A stretch of 64,000 nt of DNA from Cytophagales bacterium (lineage in GTDB: Bacteria > Bacteroidota > Bacteroidia > Cytophagales > Spirosomataceae), in NCBI GenBank assembly GCA_038327655.1, contig JBBQLG010000004.1, forward strand, positions 32,302 through 96,301, given 5' to 3'. The notes beneath the pieces were generated by a model. The model was given only the letters and a program-made list of their open reading frames with translations. It ran no database searches and was not told the origin of the DNA. The translations under genes were made by a program, and so were the position numbers. Below, in pieces: positions 47,658-56,972 of the stretch; position 1 is the stretch's first letter; each line of letters begins with the position of its first letter.

Positions 47658-48917
47658 TTAAACCGGTACAGCCGCCCCACGTTTGCGGTTGGCCGTGTCG
47701 ATGAGGGCGGTTTCAATGCGGTCGATGGCTTTACCAAGTGTCCACTGCTCCCGAACCGATTGCCGGGCATTCAGCGACAGGCGTTCAAACAGGGTATTAT
47801 TCGTCATCACCTCCTCTACGGCACGGGCCAACGCCACCGGGTCGCGGGGACGTAGCAGCCCGTTATAGCCGTCGATAACGGTTTCGCGGACTCCGCCTTC
47901 GGCTACGGCAACCACCGGCAGGCCACACGAATTAGCTTCCAGCGGGGCCAGGCCAAATGGTTCCAGCGACGACGTATAAAGCAGGCACGATGCCGTGTTT
48001 AGCAACTGAATCAGTTCGGTCTGTGTAATGCGCTCCCGCGGCTCAAAACGAACCTGCAACCGCTCACTTAGCTGCTGCATTTCCCGTACGTATTCCTGGT
48101 TCCCCATGTTGCCAATCCAGATCAGCGGTGGGCGTCGATGAACGGGTATCTGCGCCAGTGTTTTAAGGGCCGTTTCAACGCCTTTAGCGGGATAGAAAGC
48201 ACCTAATCCCAGCACAAACGGCTCGCGGGGTAAGTCCAGAAATGGAAACAGATCCGTATCGACGCCGAGGTAACAGACGTCGCCCGACCGACCGTAGGCT
48301 CTCACGGTACTTTCGCTGCTGAAATAGGAGTTGACCAACAGTGTATCATAACTGCGGGCATTTCGAATCTCTTCCCGTACCCGCACCCGTGCCTTCCGAA
48401 TGCGAAACAGATCGTCCCAATACCGGCTTCTGTAAGCGGCCTCCCGCCAGTGTGCGGATGCGGGCGGAAGTCCCTCCCAGATCAGGTCGGGGTGGGCCTC
48501 GAACAGCGACCGGTTTGGCTCACCCAAATACAGCACGGTTGGAATAGTAACAAACCGGCCGATATAGGGCATCATGAAATAAACGCAGGAGTTGGCAAAC
48601 AGCACATCGAAGCCCCCCGCGTTGATTTCGTCGGCACACCGGCGGCAGAAATCCAGCATCCGGCGCACCTGCTCATCCGGCTCGAACCCCAGCGCCGAGA
48701 GTTTATCCTGGTGCTGGTGGCGAATACGGATCGTCATGTCCAGGGGTAACACGTGCGGTTCACCGGCGTAGGCGGCAACGTCTAAAAACTGACTGTCGGC
48801 CAGCGACGATGTCCACACCGTTAGCTGATGGCCGCGCTGAGCCAGTCCTTTGATGTGCTGATGCAACGCCCGGCTACCGCCCCCGCTTAACAAATTATGC
48901 CAGACTGCGATTTTCAT
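47658..48917 (-). CDS. glycosyltransferase family 4 (GT-B fold) protein
   Basis: 419 aa with C-terminal EPFGLAPLEANSCGLPVVAVAEGGVRETV, the GT4 EX7E region. Confidence 0.75.
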   Translation of the reverse strand: MKIAVWHNLLSGGGSRALHQHIKGLAQRGHQLTVWTSSLADSQFLDVAAYAGEPHVLPLDMTIRIRHQHQDKLSALGFEPDEQVRRMLDFCRRCADEINAGGFDVLFANSCVYFMMPYIGRFVTIPTVLYLGEPNRSLFEAHPDLIWEGLPPASAHWREAAYRSRYWDDLFRIRKARVRVREEIRNARSYDTLLVNSYFSSESTVRAYGRSGDVCYLGVDTDLFPFLDLPREPFVLGLGAFYPAKGVETALKTLAQIPVHRRPPLIWIGNMGNQEYVREMQQLSERLQVRFEPRERITQTELIQLLNTASCLLYTSSLEPFGLAPLEANSCGLPVVAVAEGGVRETVIDGYNGLLRPRDPVALARAVEEVMTNNTLFERLSLNARQSVREQWTLGKAIDRIETALIDTANRKRGAAVPV

Positions 48918-48940
48918 GAAACCTGTTTCCGTTTACCCAC

Positions 48941-49438
48941 CTACCGCTTTCCTAACTCAATAACTTCCATATCCGTGATGCGCCCTGCGTCAAGCGCAAA
49001 CCGGATACAGGTCCGTACCTGGTGAAAACCAATTTTACCGGCCGCTCCCGGATTGATGAACAGCAGATTATCGAATTTGGGGTCGCGGGTTACTTTCAGA
49101 ATATGAGAATGCCCGCAAATAAACACATCCGGGGCACTAATCTGCAAATTAGGTCGGATAATGGGTGTGTAGCGCGGGGGCGTACCGCCGATGTGCGTCA
49201 TCCAGACCGTTACGTCGTCAAGCGCAAACCGTTGGTCTTCCGGGCACACCTGCGACACGGGCGGACCATCAATGTTGCCGCTGACTCCCCGAAATGGACG
49301 GAACGCCTGTAGCCGATCCACCACGTCGATGGAGCCAACATCCCCCGCGTGCCATACCTCATCGCAGGCGTCGAAATGCGAAAAAATCTGGGGGTCTAAA
49401 TAACCGTGCGTATCGGATAGAAGGCCAATTCGGGTCAT
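48941..49438 (-). CDS. metallophosphoesterase (YfcE/MJ0936-like)
   Basis: MTRIGLLSDTHGY...VWHAGDVGS...GNIDG...FICGHSH. Calcineurin-like phosphoesterase motifs in 165 aa. Confidence 0.8.
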   Translation of the reverse strand: MTRIGLLSDTHGYLDPQIFSHFDACDEVWHAGDVGSIDVVDRLQAFRPFRGVSGNIDGPPVSQVCPEDQRFALDDVTVWMTHIGGTPPRYTPIIRPNLQISAPDVFICGHSHILKVTRDPKFDNLLFINPGAAGKIGFHQVRTCIRFALDAGRITDMEVIELGKR

Positions 49439-49453
49439 AAAAAGAGGGACTGA

Positions 49454-51139
49454 TTACCCCAAAATTAACGCTTTCATCTCACTGCGAATCTTTTTCTTGT
49501 CGATCTTTCCCACGCTGGTCTTTGGAATTTCACTGACCAGCACAATGTTGTCGGGGACGTACCATTTGTTGAGATCACCCCGCTCTACCCGACTCTGAAA
49601 CGTCTGCTTAATGCCCTCGGCGGTGAGCGTATCGGCAAAACCGGCTTTCGCTACCACCAGCGCGTGCGGGCGTTCACCCCAGCGCTCGTCGGGAAAACCC
49701 ACCACGGCTGCTTCGGCTACTCCCTCAACCTGCGACAGTAAGTCTTCGATCTCCAGCGATGATACCCACTCGCCCCCGGTTTTAATAACGTCTTTGGTTC
49801 GGTCGGCAATCTGTACCCAGTTATCGGCCGTAATCGTGGCCACGTCGCCGGTGTGCAGCCAGCCGTTCTTCCAGAGTTCTTCGCTGCGTTCGGGATCGTT
49901 GTAATAGCCCTGCGTAGTCCAGGGGCAGCGCACCACAATTTCACCCAGCGAATGACCGTCATGCGGCACAAAATCGCCATCGTCATCCATGAGCCGCATC
50001 TCCACGAAGGGGGCAATCCGCCCCGCCCGTGTCCGCAACTCAAGCTGTTCATCGGCGGATAATTGCTTTTCCTGATCGTTCAGGTACACCACCGCCGTCA
50101 CCGGAGCCGTTTCCGACATGCCGTACCCCTGCGAGAGCGTGATGCCCAGTTCAGCCGCGGCTTTGGTCAGCCCTTTGGTCAGGGCTGAGCCGCCGATGAG
50201 CACTTTCCAGCGGCTTAGTTGCGGCCGAAACTGCTGCGCGGCCGGGTTATTCACCAGCATGTTCATGATCGTGGGGACACAATGTGACAGCGTTACGCCC
50301 TCTTTCACCAATAACCGAAGCAGCATTTCCGGCTCATACCGACCGGGATAAACCTGCTTGGCCGACATCATCACGGCCAGAAACGGAAACCCCCACGCGT
50401 GTACGTGAAACATGGGCGTAATGGGCATGTACACGTCCGACGATCCTTTGAACGGCATGGCTTCGTAGCCGATAATATACGTCAGCAGCCCCATGGTGTG
50501 CATAAACAACTGCCGGTGCGAGAAGTAAACGCCTTTGGGGCTACCCGTTGTACCGGTGGTATAGAACGTTGTGGCCCAGGTATCTTCGTCGAAATCCGGG
50601 AACTCATACTGATCCGATGCACCGGTGAGCAGGTTCTCGTACTCTCCCGTCAACCCGTCGGGCACTTCGGGTGCAACAGCCGCATCGCCGTAGACTTTAT
50701 CGCTGATGAGGATGATGGTTTCAACCGTGGTAAGCTGATCGCGGATAGCGTTGAGGATGGGCAGAAAATCTTCGTGTACCAACACGACTTTATCCTCGGC
50801 GTGATTCATGGTGTAGAGAATCTGGGCAGGCGACAAGCGTACGTTGATGGTGTGAATGATAGCTCCCATACCCGGCGCGGCAAAGTAGCATTCGAGGTAG
50901 CGGTGGCTATCCCAGTCGAGCACGGCCACGGTATCGCCGGGTTGAACACCCGCATCGGTGAGCACATTGGCCAGCCGGCGCACCCGCTGATTGAACGTGA
51001 CGTAGTTCATGCGGAACAAATCCCGGTAAACAATTTCGCGCTGTGGTTCGTATTTGAGCGATTGAGCGAGTAGGTTTTTAAGGAGCAGGCCCGATTCGTG
51101 GGCGGATGGGGTACGCGGAATTAGTTTAGTCTGAATCAT
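49454..51139 (-). CDS. long-chain-fatty-acid--CoA ligase (AMP-binding enzyme)
   Basis: 561 aa with AMP-binding motifs TTGTTGSPKGV, GYGMSET, WLHTGD and the C-terminal Lys region. Confidence 0.85.
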   Translation of the reverse strand: MIQTKLIPRTPSAHESGLLLKNLLAQSLKYEPQREIVYRDLFRMNYVTFNQRVRRLANVLTDAGVQPGDTVAVLDWDSHRYLECYFAAPGMGAIIHTINVRLSPAQILYTMNHAEDKVVLVHEDFLPILNAIRDQLTTVETIILISDKVYGDAAVAPEVPDGLTGEYENLLTGASDQYEFPDFDEDTWATTFYTTGTTGSPKGVYFSHRQLFMHTMGLLTYIIGYEAMPFKGSSDVYMPITPMFHVHAWGFPFLAVMMSAKQVYPGRYEPEMLLRLLVKEGVTLSHCVPTIMNMLVNNPAAQQFRPQLSRWKVLIGGSALTKGLTKAAAELGITLSQGYGMSETAPVTAVVYLNDQEKQLSADEQLELRTRAGRIAPFVEMRLMDDDGDFVPHDGHSLGEIVVRCPWTTQGYYNDPERSEELWKNGWLHTGDVATITADNWVQIADRTKDVIKTGGEWVSSLEIEDLLSQVEGVAEAAVVGFPDERWGERPHALVVAKAGFADTLTAEGIKQTFQSRVERGDLNKWYVPDNIVLVSEIPKTSVGKIDKKKIRSEMKALILG

Positions 51140-51259
51140 GACAGGACGTTTCTAAGGCAGAAAGACTGTCTAAAGTTATAAATAATATCGGTTCAGGTCT
51201 ATCCTCCGGCTCAAACAGCCATCGGTCTGCCACCCTAAATGTACCCTCCGTACAATGGG

Positions 51260-51970
51260 TCAGGTACTTCTGAAGAAATCTTCCTTGAAATAATCGCGGT
51301 CGAAGTAATTATTCCGGTCGTATTTACTGACCCAAAGACCCAATGCTGTCACGAGGCAAAACACGATGTACAGTATCTCCATCAGATTCCAGTACCGGTC
51401 AAATACAGCATCCGGAGTAGTTTTAGCGTACAGCGATTCGTTGAAGAGCATGGTAAAAAGGGTACCGCCCGCATAAAACAGCAGGCCCGCGCTGAACCAA
51501 AACATGCTGTGATGCTGTAGTTTTTTCAGGTTCAGGTCCGACAGGATAGCGTTGTAATACGCCAGGGCAGTTCCCATCGCATAAACCCGAAACGCGGTTT
51601 GTGCCCAGGGGGAAACGTTGTTTCCACTGTAAAAAACAAGGCTGAAGACCAGAAAGCCTGCGCCCACACCGGCAACTATTTTTTTCTGAACCGGCCGGAT
51701 CAGGGCTGCGTGGTAAGTGCCCGCTAAGAATATAATGTTCAGGCAAGACCGTATATCCTGCGTAACAAGCGTAGTACCTCCCCTGAGCATCAGAAAAAGA
51801 GAGGTCGTTTCGGCGATAAAATCGGTAAGGAAAAATCCAAACACCCATTTCATCTCCGGTTTCAGGTACCGGTACCGAACCAGTCCAGTCAGCAGCGGAA
51901 GCAGTATGGAGAGATGGGTGATGACATCAAGCGGGTATTTGGCCGCGAGAGAATTGAATCGCTCCAGCAT
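51260..51970 (-). CDS. hypothetical polytopic membrane protein
   Basis: 236 aa with about 7 hydrophobic helices. No family assignment. Confidence 0.45.
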   Translation of the reverse strand: MLERFNSLAAKYPLDVITHLSILLPLLTGLVRYRYLKPEMKWVFGFFLTDFIAETTSLFLMLRGGTTLVTQDIRSCLNIIFLAGTYHAALIRPVQKKIVAGVGAGFLVFSLVFYSGNNVSPWAQTAFRVYAMGTALAYYNAILSDLNLKKLQHHSMFWFSAGLLFYAGGTLFTMLFNESLYAKTTPDAVFDRYWNLMEILYIVFCLVTALGLWVSKYDRNNYFDRDYFKEDFFRST

Positions 51971-52000
51971 TATAACGCGTGTTCAATCAACGATGAAGGA

Positions 52001-52390
52001 TCAAACGGGGCAATGGCGCGGGCAGGTGTATCCGTCGCCAACAGCGTCGCCGTCGCCGTCGTCTTTAAGACCGCGCAGGCTGCCCCCGTTAAAGACGTCT
52101 TTCCCTTTGGCATCGACAGCCACGAGTGTGAGCCGCCGGGTATTAGGGCCGTCGGGGTCGTTGGCGTTGATGCCGTAGTACATGCGGATACCTACGCAGC
52201 CGGGATTACGTTTGATGAGATCTTCGATCACGTCGAGGCCAAAGAACTCCGCTTCGGTGTAGGTCTCGGGTTTGTTCCCCCGGCTCTCCTCGTCTTTGCG
52301 GTGGGCTTCGGTACGATACAGGGCCTCTTTGGCGGTCAACTTACGGCCAATACCCCGGCCAAATTCGTACGATTCTGATTGCAATGCCAT
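52001..52390 (-). CDS. hypothetical protein (129 aa)
   Basis: ORF with plausible codon usage. Gly/Asp-rich C-terminus. No recognisable motifs. Confidence 0.35.
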   Translation of the reverse strand: MALQSESYEFGRGIGRKLTAKEALYRTEAHRKDEESRGNKPETYTEAEFFGLDVIEDLIKRNPGCVGIRMYYGINANDPDGPNTRRLTLVAVDAKGKDVFNGGSLRGLKDDGDGDAVGDGYTCPRHCPV

Positions 52391-52704
52391 GGCAGCGTGT
52401 GGAAAAAAAAGAGAGGTTGAACAGTGGTGGATTGTGGCCTGAAAGTAACGGAAAACCCAAAGGCGTACAACTGCCCTGCCCGCCGGAACCCGTTTTCCGG
52501 CTTATTCACCCTCATACGCAGATGAAATGCGTAGTTCTACGCATTCATCCGCGGAGTTACCCTTGTGGTAAGCTGGTCCCAAAAAACGGTGTTTATGCGC
52601 TTACCTGGGTATCTGTTCGCAACTACCTTTGGGCTTCTCCACAACAGGCTCCGGCCACCTTCCCTTTACGCATTCAGTTGCTCATCTTATAGGTTTTAGG
52701 TACG

Positions 52705-52740
52705 AAAAAGCCGGGGCACTTGCCCCGGCTTTTTTTATTG
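52705..52740 (-). terminator. bidirectional rho-independent terminator after rfbA
   Basis: AAAAAGCCGGGGC-acttg-CCCCGGCTTTTTTT, with A-run and T-run flanks. Confidence 0.75.
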
Positions 52741-52765
52741 GTACATCGTGGTAGCGAACCGTGAG

Positions 52766-53626
52766 TTATTTCAACAGATTCAACAGGTACTGGCCGTAAC
52801 CACTTTTGACCAACGGCTGTGCAATGATCCGAAGTTGCTCCGCGTCGATGTAATGCATGCGGTAAGCGATTTCCTCAATGCACCCGATCTTCAGTCCCTG
52901 ACGCTCTTCGATGACCTGCACGAACTGCCCGGCCTGCATCAGCGACGCAAACGTACCCGTGTCGAGCCAGGCCGTTCCCCGGTCCAGGATGCTCACCTTA
53001 AGCTGTCCCCGCTCCAGATAAACCTTGTTCACGTCCGTGATTTCGTACTCACCCCGTGGGCTGGGTTGCAGGTTTTTGGCAATTTCAACCACATCGTTGT
53101 TGTAGAAATACAAACCCGGTACCGCATAATTCGACTTGGGTTCCTGGGGCTTCTCCTCGATCGACACGGCGTTCATGTCGGCATCGAACTCCACTACGCC
53201 GTACCGTTCGGGGTCGTGTACATGGTAAGCGTAGACGATTCCGCCGTCGGGACTATTGTTGGCCTGCAACAACTGCGACATGCCCGATCCGTAAAAGATA
53301 TTATCGCCCAGAATGAGGGCCACTTTATCCGCTCCGATAAATTGTTCACCAATCACGAACGCCTGCGCCAGTCCGTTGGGTTCGGGTTGCACGGCATACG
53401 TAAACGAGCAACCCAACCGCGACCCATCGCCGAGTAACTTCTCGAAGTGCGGCAGGTCGTGGGGCGTCGAGATGATGAGAATCTCCCGAATACCGGCCAC
53501 CATCAGAATCGAGAGTGGGTAATAAATCATCGGCTTGTCATATACCGGCATCAACTGCTTCGATACCGCTAAGGTCAGCGGATGCAACCGGGTGCCGGAG
53601 CCGCCGGCCAGAATAATTCCTTTCAT
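52766..53626 (-). CDS. rfbA: glucose-1-phosphate thymidylyltransferase
   Basis: [18 protein letters not shown]...[17 protein letters not shown]. Classic RmlA. Confidence 0.95.
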   Translation of the reverse strand: MKGIILAGGSGTRLHPLTLAVSKQLMPVYDKPMIYYPLSILMVAGIREILIISTPHDLPHFEKLLGDGSRLGCSFTYAVQPEPNGLAQAFVIGEQFIGADKVALILGDNIFYGSGMSQLLQANNSPDGGIVYAYHVHDPERYGVVEFDADMNAVSIEEKPQEPKSNYAVPGLYFYNNDVVEIAKNLQPSPRGEYEITDVNKVYLERGQLKVSILDRGTAWLDTGTFASLMQAGQFVQVIEERQGLKIGCIEEIAYRMHYIDAEQLRIIAQPLVKSGYGQYLLNLLK

Positions 53627-53631
53627 GATAA

Positions 53632-53702
53632 ATTGAGGGATTGAATGATTGAATGACTGAGGGATTGAATTGATTAGTCAGTTAATCATTCAATCCCTCA
53701 AT
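53632..53702. repeat. 19-bp perfect inverted repeat (ATTGAGGGATTGAATGATT) with internal direct repeats, between rfbB and rfbA
   Basis: Arms 53632-53650 and 53684-53702. Spacer contains a second GAGGGATTGAAT copy and TGAYTGAAT units like the 14863-14944 element. Confidence 0.65.
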
Positions 53703-53711
53703 CAGTCAACC

Positions 53712-54773
53712 TTATCTATTGGCATACATTGAATCGTAGTAGCCCTGGTAGTTGCCCGACGTTACGTTTTCGAGCCAGTCCTGATTGGTCAGGAACCAGT
53801 CGACGGTTTTTTCTAAGCCTTCCTCGAATTGGAGCGACGGTTGCCAGCCCAGTTCGTTCATGATCTTGTGAGCGTCGATGGCATAGCGCAGATCATGTCC
53901 GGCGCGGTCGGTCACGTACGTGATGAGTTGCGCCGACGTACCCTCCGCGCGACCTAATTTCTGATCCATAATCCGGCAGAGCAGATGCACCAGATCAATG
54001 TTTTTCCACTCGTTGAACCCGCCGATGTTGTACGTTTCTCCCAGCCGACCGTTGTGAAAAATAGTATCAATAGCGCGGGCATGATCGACCACGAATAGCC
54101 AGTCACGGACGTTTTCGCCCTTGCCGTACACGGGTAAAGGTTTGTGCTGCTGGATGTTATGAATCATCAACGGAATCAGCTTTTCGGGAAAGTGATTCGG
54201 GCCGTAGTTGTTGGAGCAGTTCGAGAGTACCACCGGCAGTTTATACGTGTTGCCGTAGGCCCGAACGAAATGGTCCGAAGCGGCTTTGGAGGCCGAGTAC
54301 GGCGACTGCGGATCGTAGGCGGTTTCTTCGGTAAAAAAATCCTCCGGGTTGTGCAGCGACCCGTACACCTCATCCGTCGAAACGTGGTAGAACCGCTTGT
54401 CGGCAAAGCCCGACGGCGTTTTGGCCCAGGCGGTTTTGGCCGCGTTCAACAGGTTTACCGTACCCACCACGTTGGTCATCACGAACGACATCGGGTCGGT
54501 GATGGACCGATCAACGTGTGACTCGGCCGCGAGGTGAATCACCCCGTCAACTTGCTGTTCGGCGAAGAATTCGTCCAGGAAGGCCGCGTCGGTGATGTCG
54601 CCCCGCACAAAGGTGTAGTTCGGTGCGTCTTCGATGTCTGACAGGTTCGCCAGGTTACCGGCATAGGTCAGCTTATCGAGATTGACGATCTGGTAGTCGG
54701 GGTATTTGGTGACGAATAAGCGGACAACGTGGGAGCCGATAAACCCGGCCCCACCGGTAATGCATAGTTTCAT
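53712..54773 (-). CDS. rfbB: dTDP-glucose 4,6-dehydratase
   Basis: MKLCITGGAGFIGSH...YSASKAASD. SDR-extended RmlB signature; 353 aa. Confidence 0.95.
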   Translation of the reverse strand: MKLCITGGAGFIGSHVVRLFVTKYPDYQIVNLDKLTYAGNLANLSDIEDAPNYTFVRGDITDAAFLDEFFAEQQVDGVIHLAAESHVDRSITDPMSFVMTNVVGTVNLLNAAKTAWAKTPSGFADKRFYHVSTDEVYGSLHNPEDFFTEETAYDPQSPYSASKAASDHFVRAYGNTYKLPVVLSNCSNNYGPNHFPEKLIPLMIHNIQQHKPLPVYGKGENVRDWLFVVDHARAIDTIFHNGRLGETYNIGGFNEWKNIDLVHLLCRIMDQKLGRAEGTSAQLITYVTDRAGHDLRYAIDAHKIMNELGWQPSLQFEEGLEKTVDWFLTNQDWLENVTSGNYQGYYDSMYANR

Positions 54774-54780
54774 GGAGTAT

Positions 54781-54852
54781 AGTTTGTGGTTAAACAGTTT
54801 GTCGTTTGTGGTTTACGAGTTGTTCGACAGGCAACCACAAACCACAAACTAC
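54781..54852. repeat. nested inverted repeats of GTTTGTGGTT (two direct plus two inverted copies) between galE stop and rfbB start
   Basis: AGTTTGTGGTT (54781-91) pairs with AACCACAAACT (54842-52). GTTTGTGGTT (54804-13) pairs with AACCACAAAC (54833-42). Confidence 0.6.
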
Positions 54853-54861
54853 GAACCGGTT

Positions 54862-55887
54862 TTAACCGAGTTTCTGCTGCCAGCGCCAGGCATCGGCTAC
54901 CCCTTCGGCTAAGGTACGCTGCGCCTGCCAGCCGAGGTCGCGGTTGGCTTTGGTTACTTCGGCGTAAATCTGCTCGACATCCCCCGCCCGGCGCGGCCCG
55001 ATGTGGTAGTTCAGTTTCACTCCGGTCACTTCCTCGAAGGTTTTGATCAGTTCGAGCACCGTTGCCCCATGACCCGTACCAATGTTGAACACATCGTACG
55101 ACGCATCTTCGTTGGTCTCGTTAAGCAGCTTTAACGCTTTCACATGGGCTTCGGCGAGGTCCATGACGTGAATAAAATCGCGTACACAGGTGCCATCCGG
55201 CGTATTATAATCGTCGCCGAAGACGGTCAGGCTTTCGCGCTTTCCGGCGGCTGTCTGCGTCAGGAACGGCACTAAATTACCGGGTACACCCCGTGGCAAC
55301 TCACCAATTTCGGCGGATGGATGCGCACCAATCGGGTTAAAATAGCGCAGCGCAATGGCTTTCAGCGGGGCTACGGCATGGGCCGTATCGCGGATGATGT
55401 CTTCACAGATGGCTTTGGTATTGCCGTAGGGCGACTGCGCGGGCAGGCGCGGGGTTTCTTCCGTAACGGGCAGGTGTTCGGGCTGACCATAGACCGTACA
55501 CGACGACGAAAACACCAGGTTATGGACCTGATGGGTACACATCAGATCGAGCAGCAACATGGTGGAACCGAGGTTGTTGCGGTAGTATTTGAGCGGTTGC
55601 TGTACGGATTCGCCCACGGCCTTAAACGCGGCAAAATGGATAACGCCGGTGATGCCTTCGGCCTCGAAAATGTGGTTCATGGCGTCGGCATCGTTGCAGT
55701 CCGCTTCGTAAAACGGCACGTCGCGCCCCAGAATGGCCCGGATACCGGCCAGCACGGTGCGCTCCGAATTAGCAAAATCATCGACGATGACCGGCTCGAA
55801 ACCGGCCTCGACCAGGGCCACAACGGTATGCGAGCCAATGAAACCGGCCCCGCCGGTTACCAGAATTTTCAGGGGAGAATTCGCTTG
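54862..55887 (-). CDS. galE: UDP-glucose 4-epimerase
   Basis: KILVTGGAGFIGSH...YGNTKAICE...NPIGAHPS. The listed ORF (to 56022) adds 47 low-complexity residues from an AT-rich stretch. A TTG at 55887 giving M-APQANSPLKILVTGG is the more plausible start. Confidence 0.8.
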   Translation of the reverse strand, partial: QANSPLKILVTGGAGFIGSHTVVALVEAGFEPVIVDDFANSERTVLAGIRAILGRDVPFYEADCNDADAMNHIFEAEGITGVIHFAAFKAVGESVQQPLKYYRNNLGSTMLLLDLMCTHQVHNLVFSSSCTVYGQPEHLPVTEETPRLPAQSPYGNTKAICEDIIRDTAHAVAPLKAIALRYFNPIGAHPSAEIGELPRGVPGNLVPFLTQTAAGKRESLTVFGDDYNTPDGTCVRDFIHVMDLAEAHVKALKLLNETNEDASYDVFNIGTGHGATVLELIKTFEEVTGVKLNYHIGPRRAGDVEQIYAEVTKANRDLGWQAQRTLAEGVADAWRWQQKLG

Positions 55888-56027
55888 TGGAGCCAAACCG
55901 TTTTTTAGAAAAATTTTGTTGTTACTTGCAGTAAAGGTTCGTAAAAACCGGACAAAAGTAGGAAATTCGGTAGCTTTCTGAAAAGAGTTTTTTAGGAACA
56001 AGTCACCGGTCGACCGAAGCACAACGC

Positions 56028-56903
56028 ATGAACGATAAGGAAATCAAAGCCCTCATCTCGCTCTTAGACGACGAAGACAGAGAGGTGACTACCCACGTTG
56101 AACAGCAAATCCGCACCTTAGGCGGGCAAATCATCCCCTTCCTGGAATCGGAATGGGAAGGCAGTTTCAACCCGAATCTGCAAAAAAAGATCGAAGAACT
56201 CATTCACGACCTGCAGTACGAATCGGTGTTGGAGCGCATTCAGCACTGGAAAAACGGCGGGGCGATGGACCTGCTCGAAGGGCTGTGGATCGTGGCGACG
56301 TACCAATACCCCGACCTGTCGCTGGAGAAACTGCGCCGGGACCTGGAGCAGCTTTACTACGATGTGTGGTTAGAGGTGAACACCGAGATGCACCCCGCCG
56401 ACCAGGTTAAGGCCCTCAACAACGCCTTTTTCAGTAAGCTCAAATTTGGGGCCAACACCAAGCATTTCCACTCCCCGGCCAACTCGATGATTAATCAGGT
56501 GCTGGAAACGCGCCGGGGCAACCCGATTTCGCTCTGCGTGATTTACCTGATGGTAGCCCAGAAAATCGGGTTACCCGTCTACGGCGTGAACCTGCCCAAC
56601 CTGTTCGTGCTGACCTACAAAGGCGAAACCGGGGCGCAGTTTTACATCAACGTGTTTAACCGGGGACTGGTGTTTTCGACCAAAGACATCGACCACTACA
56701 TCGACCAGTTGAACCTCAAACGAAGCCCTATCTTTTACCAGCCCTGCACCAATCTGGACATTGTCCGGCGGATGCTGCGCAACCTGATGCTGGCTTTCGA
56801 CAAAAATGGCGACCGCGAACGGATGCGCGAAGTGGAGCGGATTCTGGAATCGGTTAGGGACGATGCCGATTCGCTGCCCCTTTCGGATTACACACAGCGG
56901 TGA
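56028..56903 (+). CDS. transglutaminase-like / SirB1-type domain protein
   Basis: 291 aa; central GNPISLCVIYLMVAQKIGLPVYGVNLPNLFVL region matches transglutaminase-like superfamily (Transglut_core2) proteins with a C-terminal TPR-like helix. Confidence 0.55.
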   Translation: MNDKEIKALISLLDDEDREVTTHVEQQIRTLGGQIIPFLESEWEGSFNPNLQKKIEELIHDLQYESVLERIQHWKNGGAMDLLEGLWIVATYQYPDLSLEKLRRDLEQLYYDVWLEVNTEMHPADQVKALNNAFFSKLKFGANTKHFHSPANSMINQVLETRRGNPISLCVIYLMVAQKIGLPVYGVNLPNLFVLTYKGETGAQFYINVFNRGLVFSTKDIDHYIDQLNLKRSPIFYQPCTNLDIVRRMLRNLMLAFDKNGDRERMREVERILESVRDDADSLPLSDYTQR

Positions 56904-56972
56904 ACGTCTTTCACGGACAGGTAAGCCGAAATCCGTTACTTTAGCGGATTATTCAACTCATGAAAACGACGA

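Noticed and set aside
55888-56022. 47-aa N-terminal extension of galE in the ORF track (MLRSTGDLFLKNSFQKATEF...).
   Set aside because: Low-complexity translation of an AT-rich promoter region. GalE homologues start directly at the KILVTGGAGF Rossmann strand, and a TTG start at 55887 fits.
56003-56410. Small ORFs 56003-56203 (-), 56118-56306 (-) and 56153-56410 (+) overlapping the transglutaminase-like gene.
   Set aside because: Shadow ORFs of the 291-aa plus-strand gene; no motifs.
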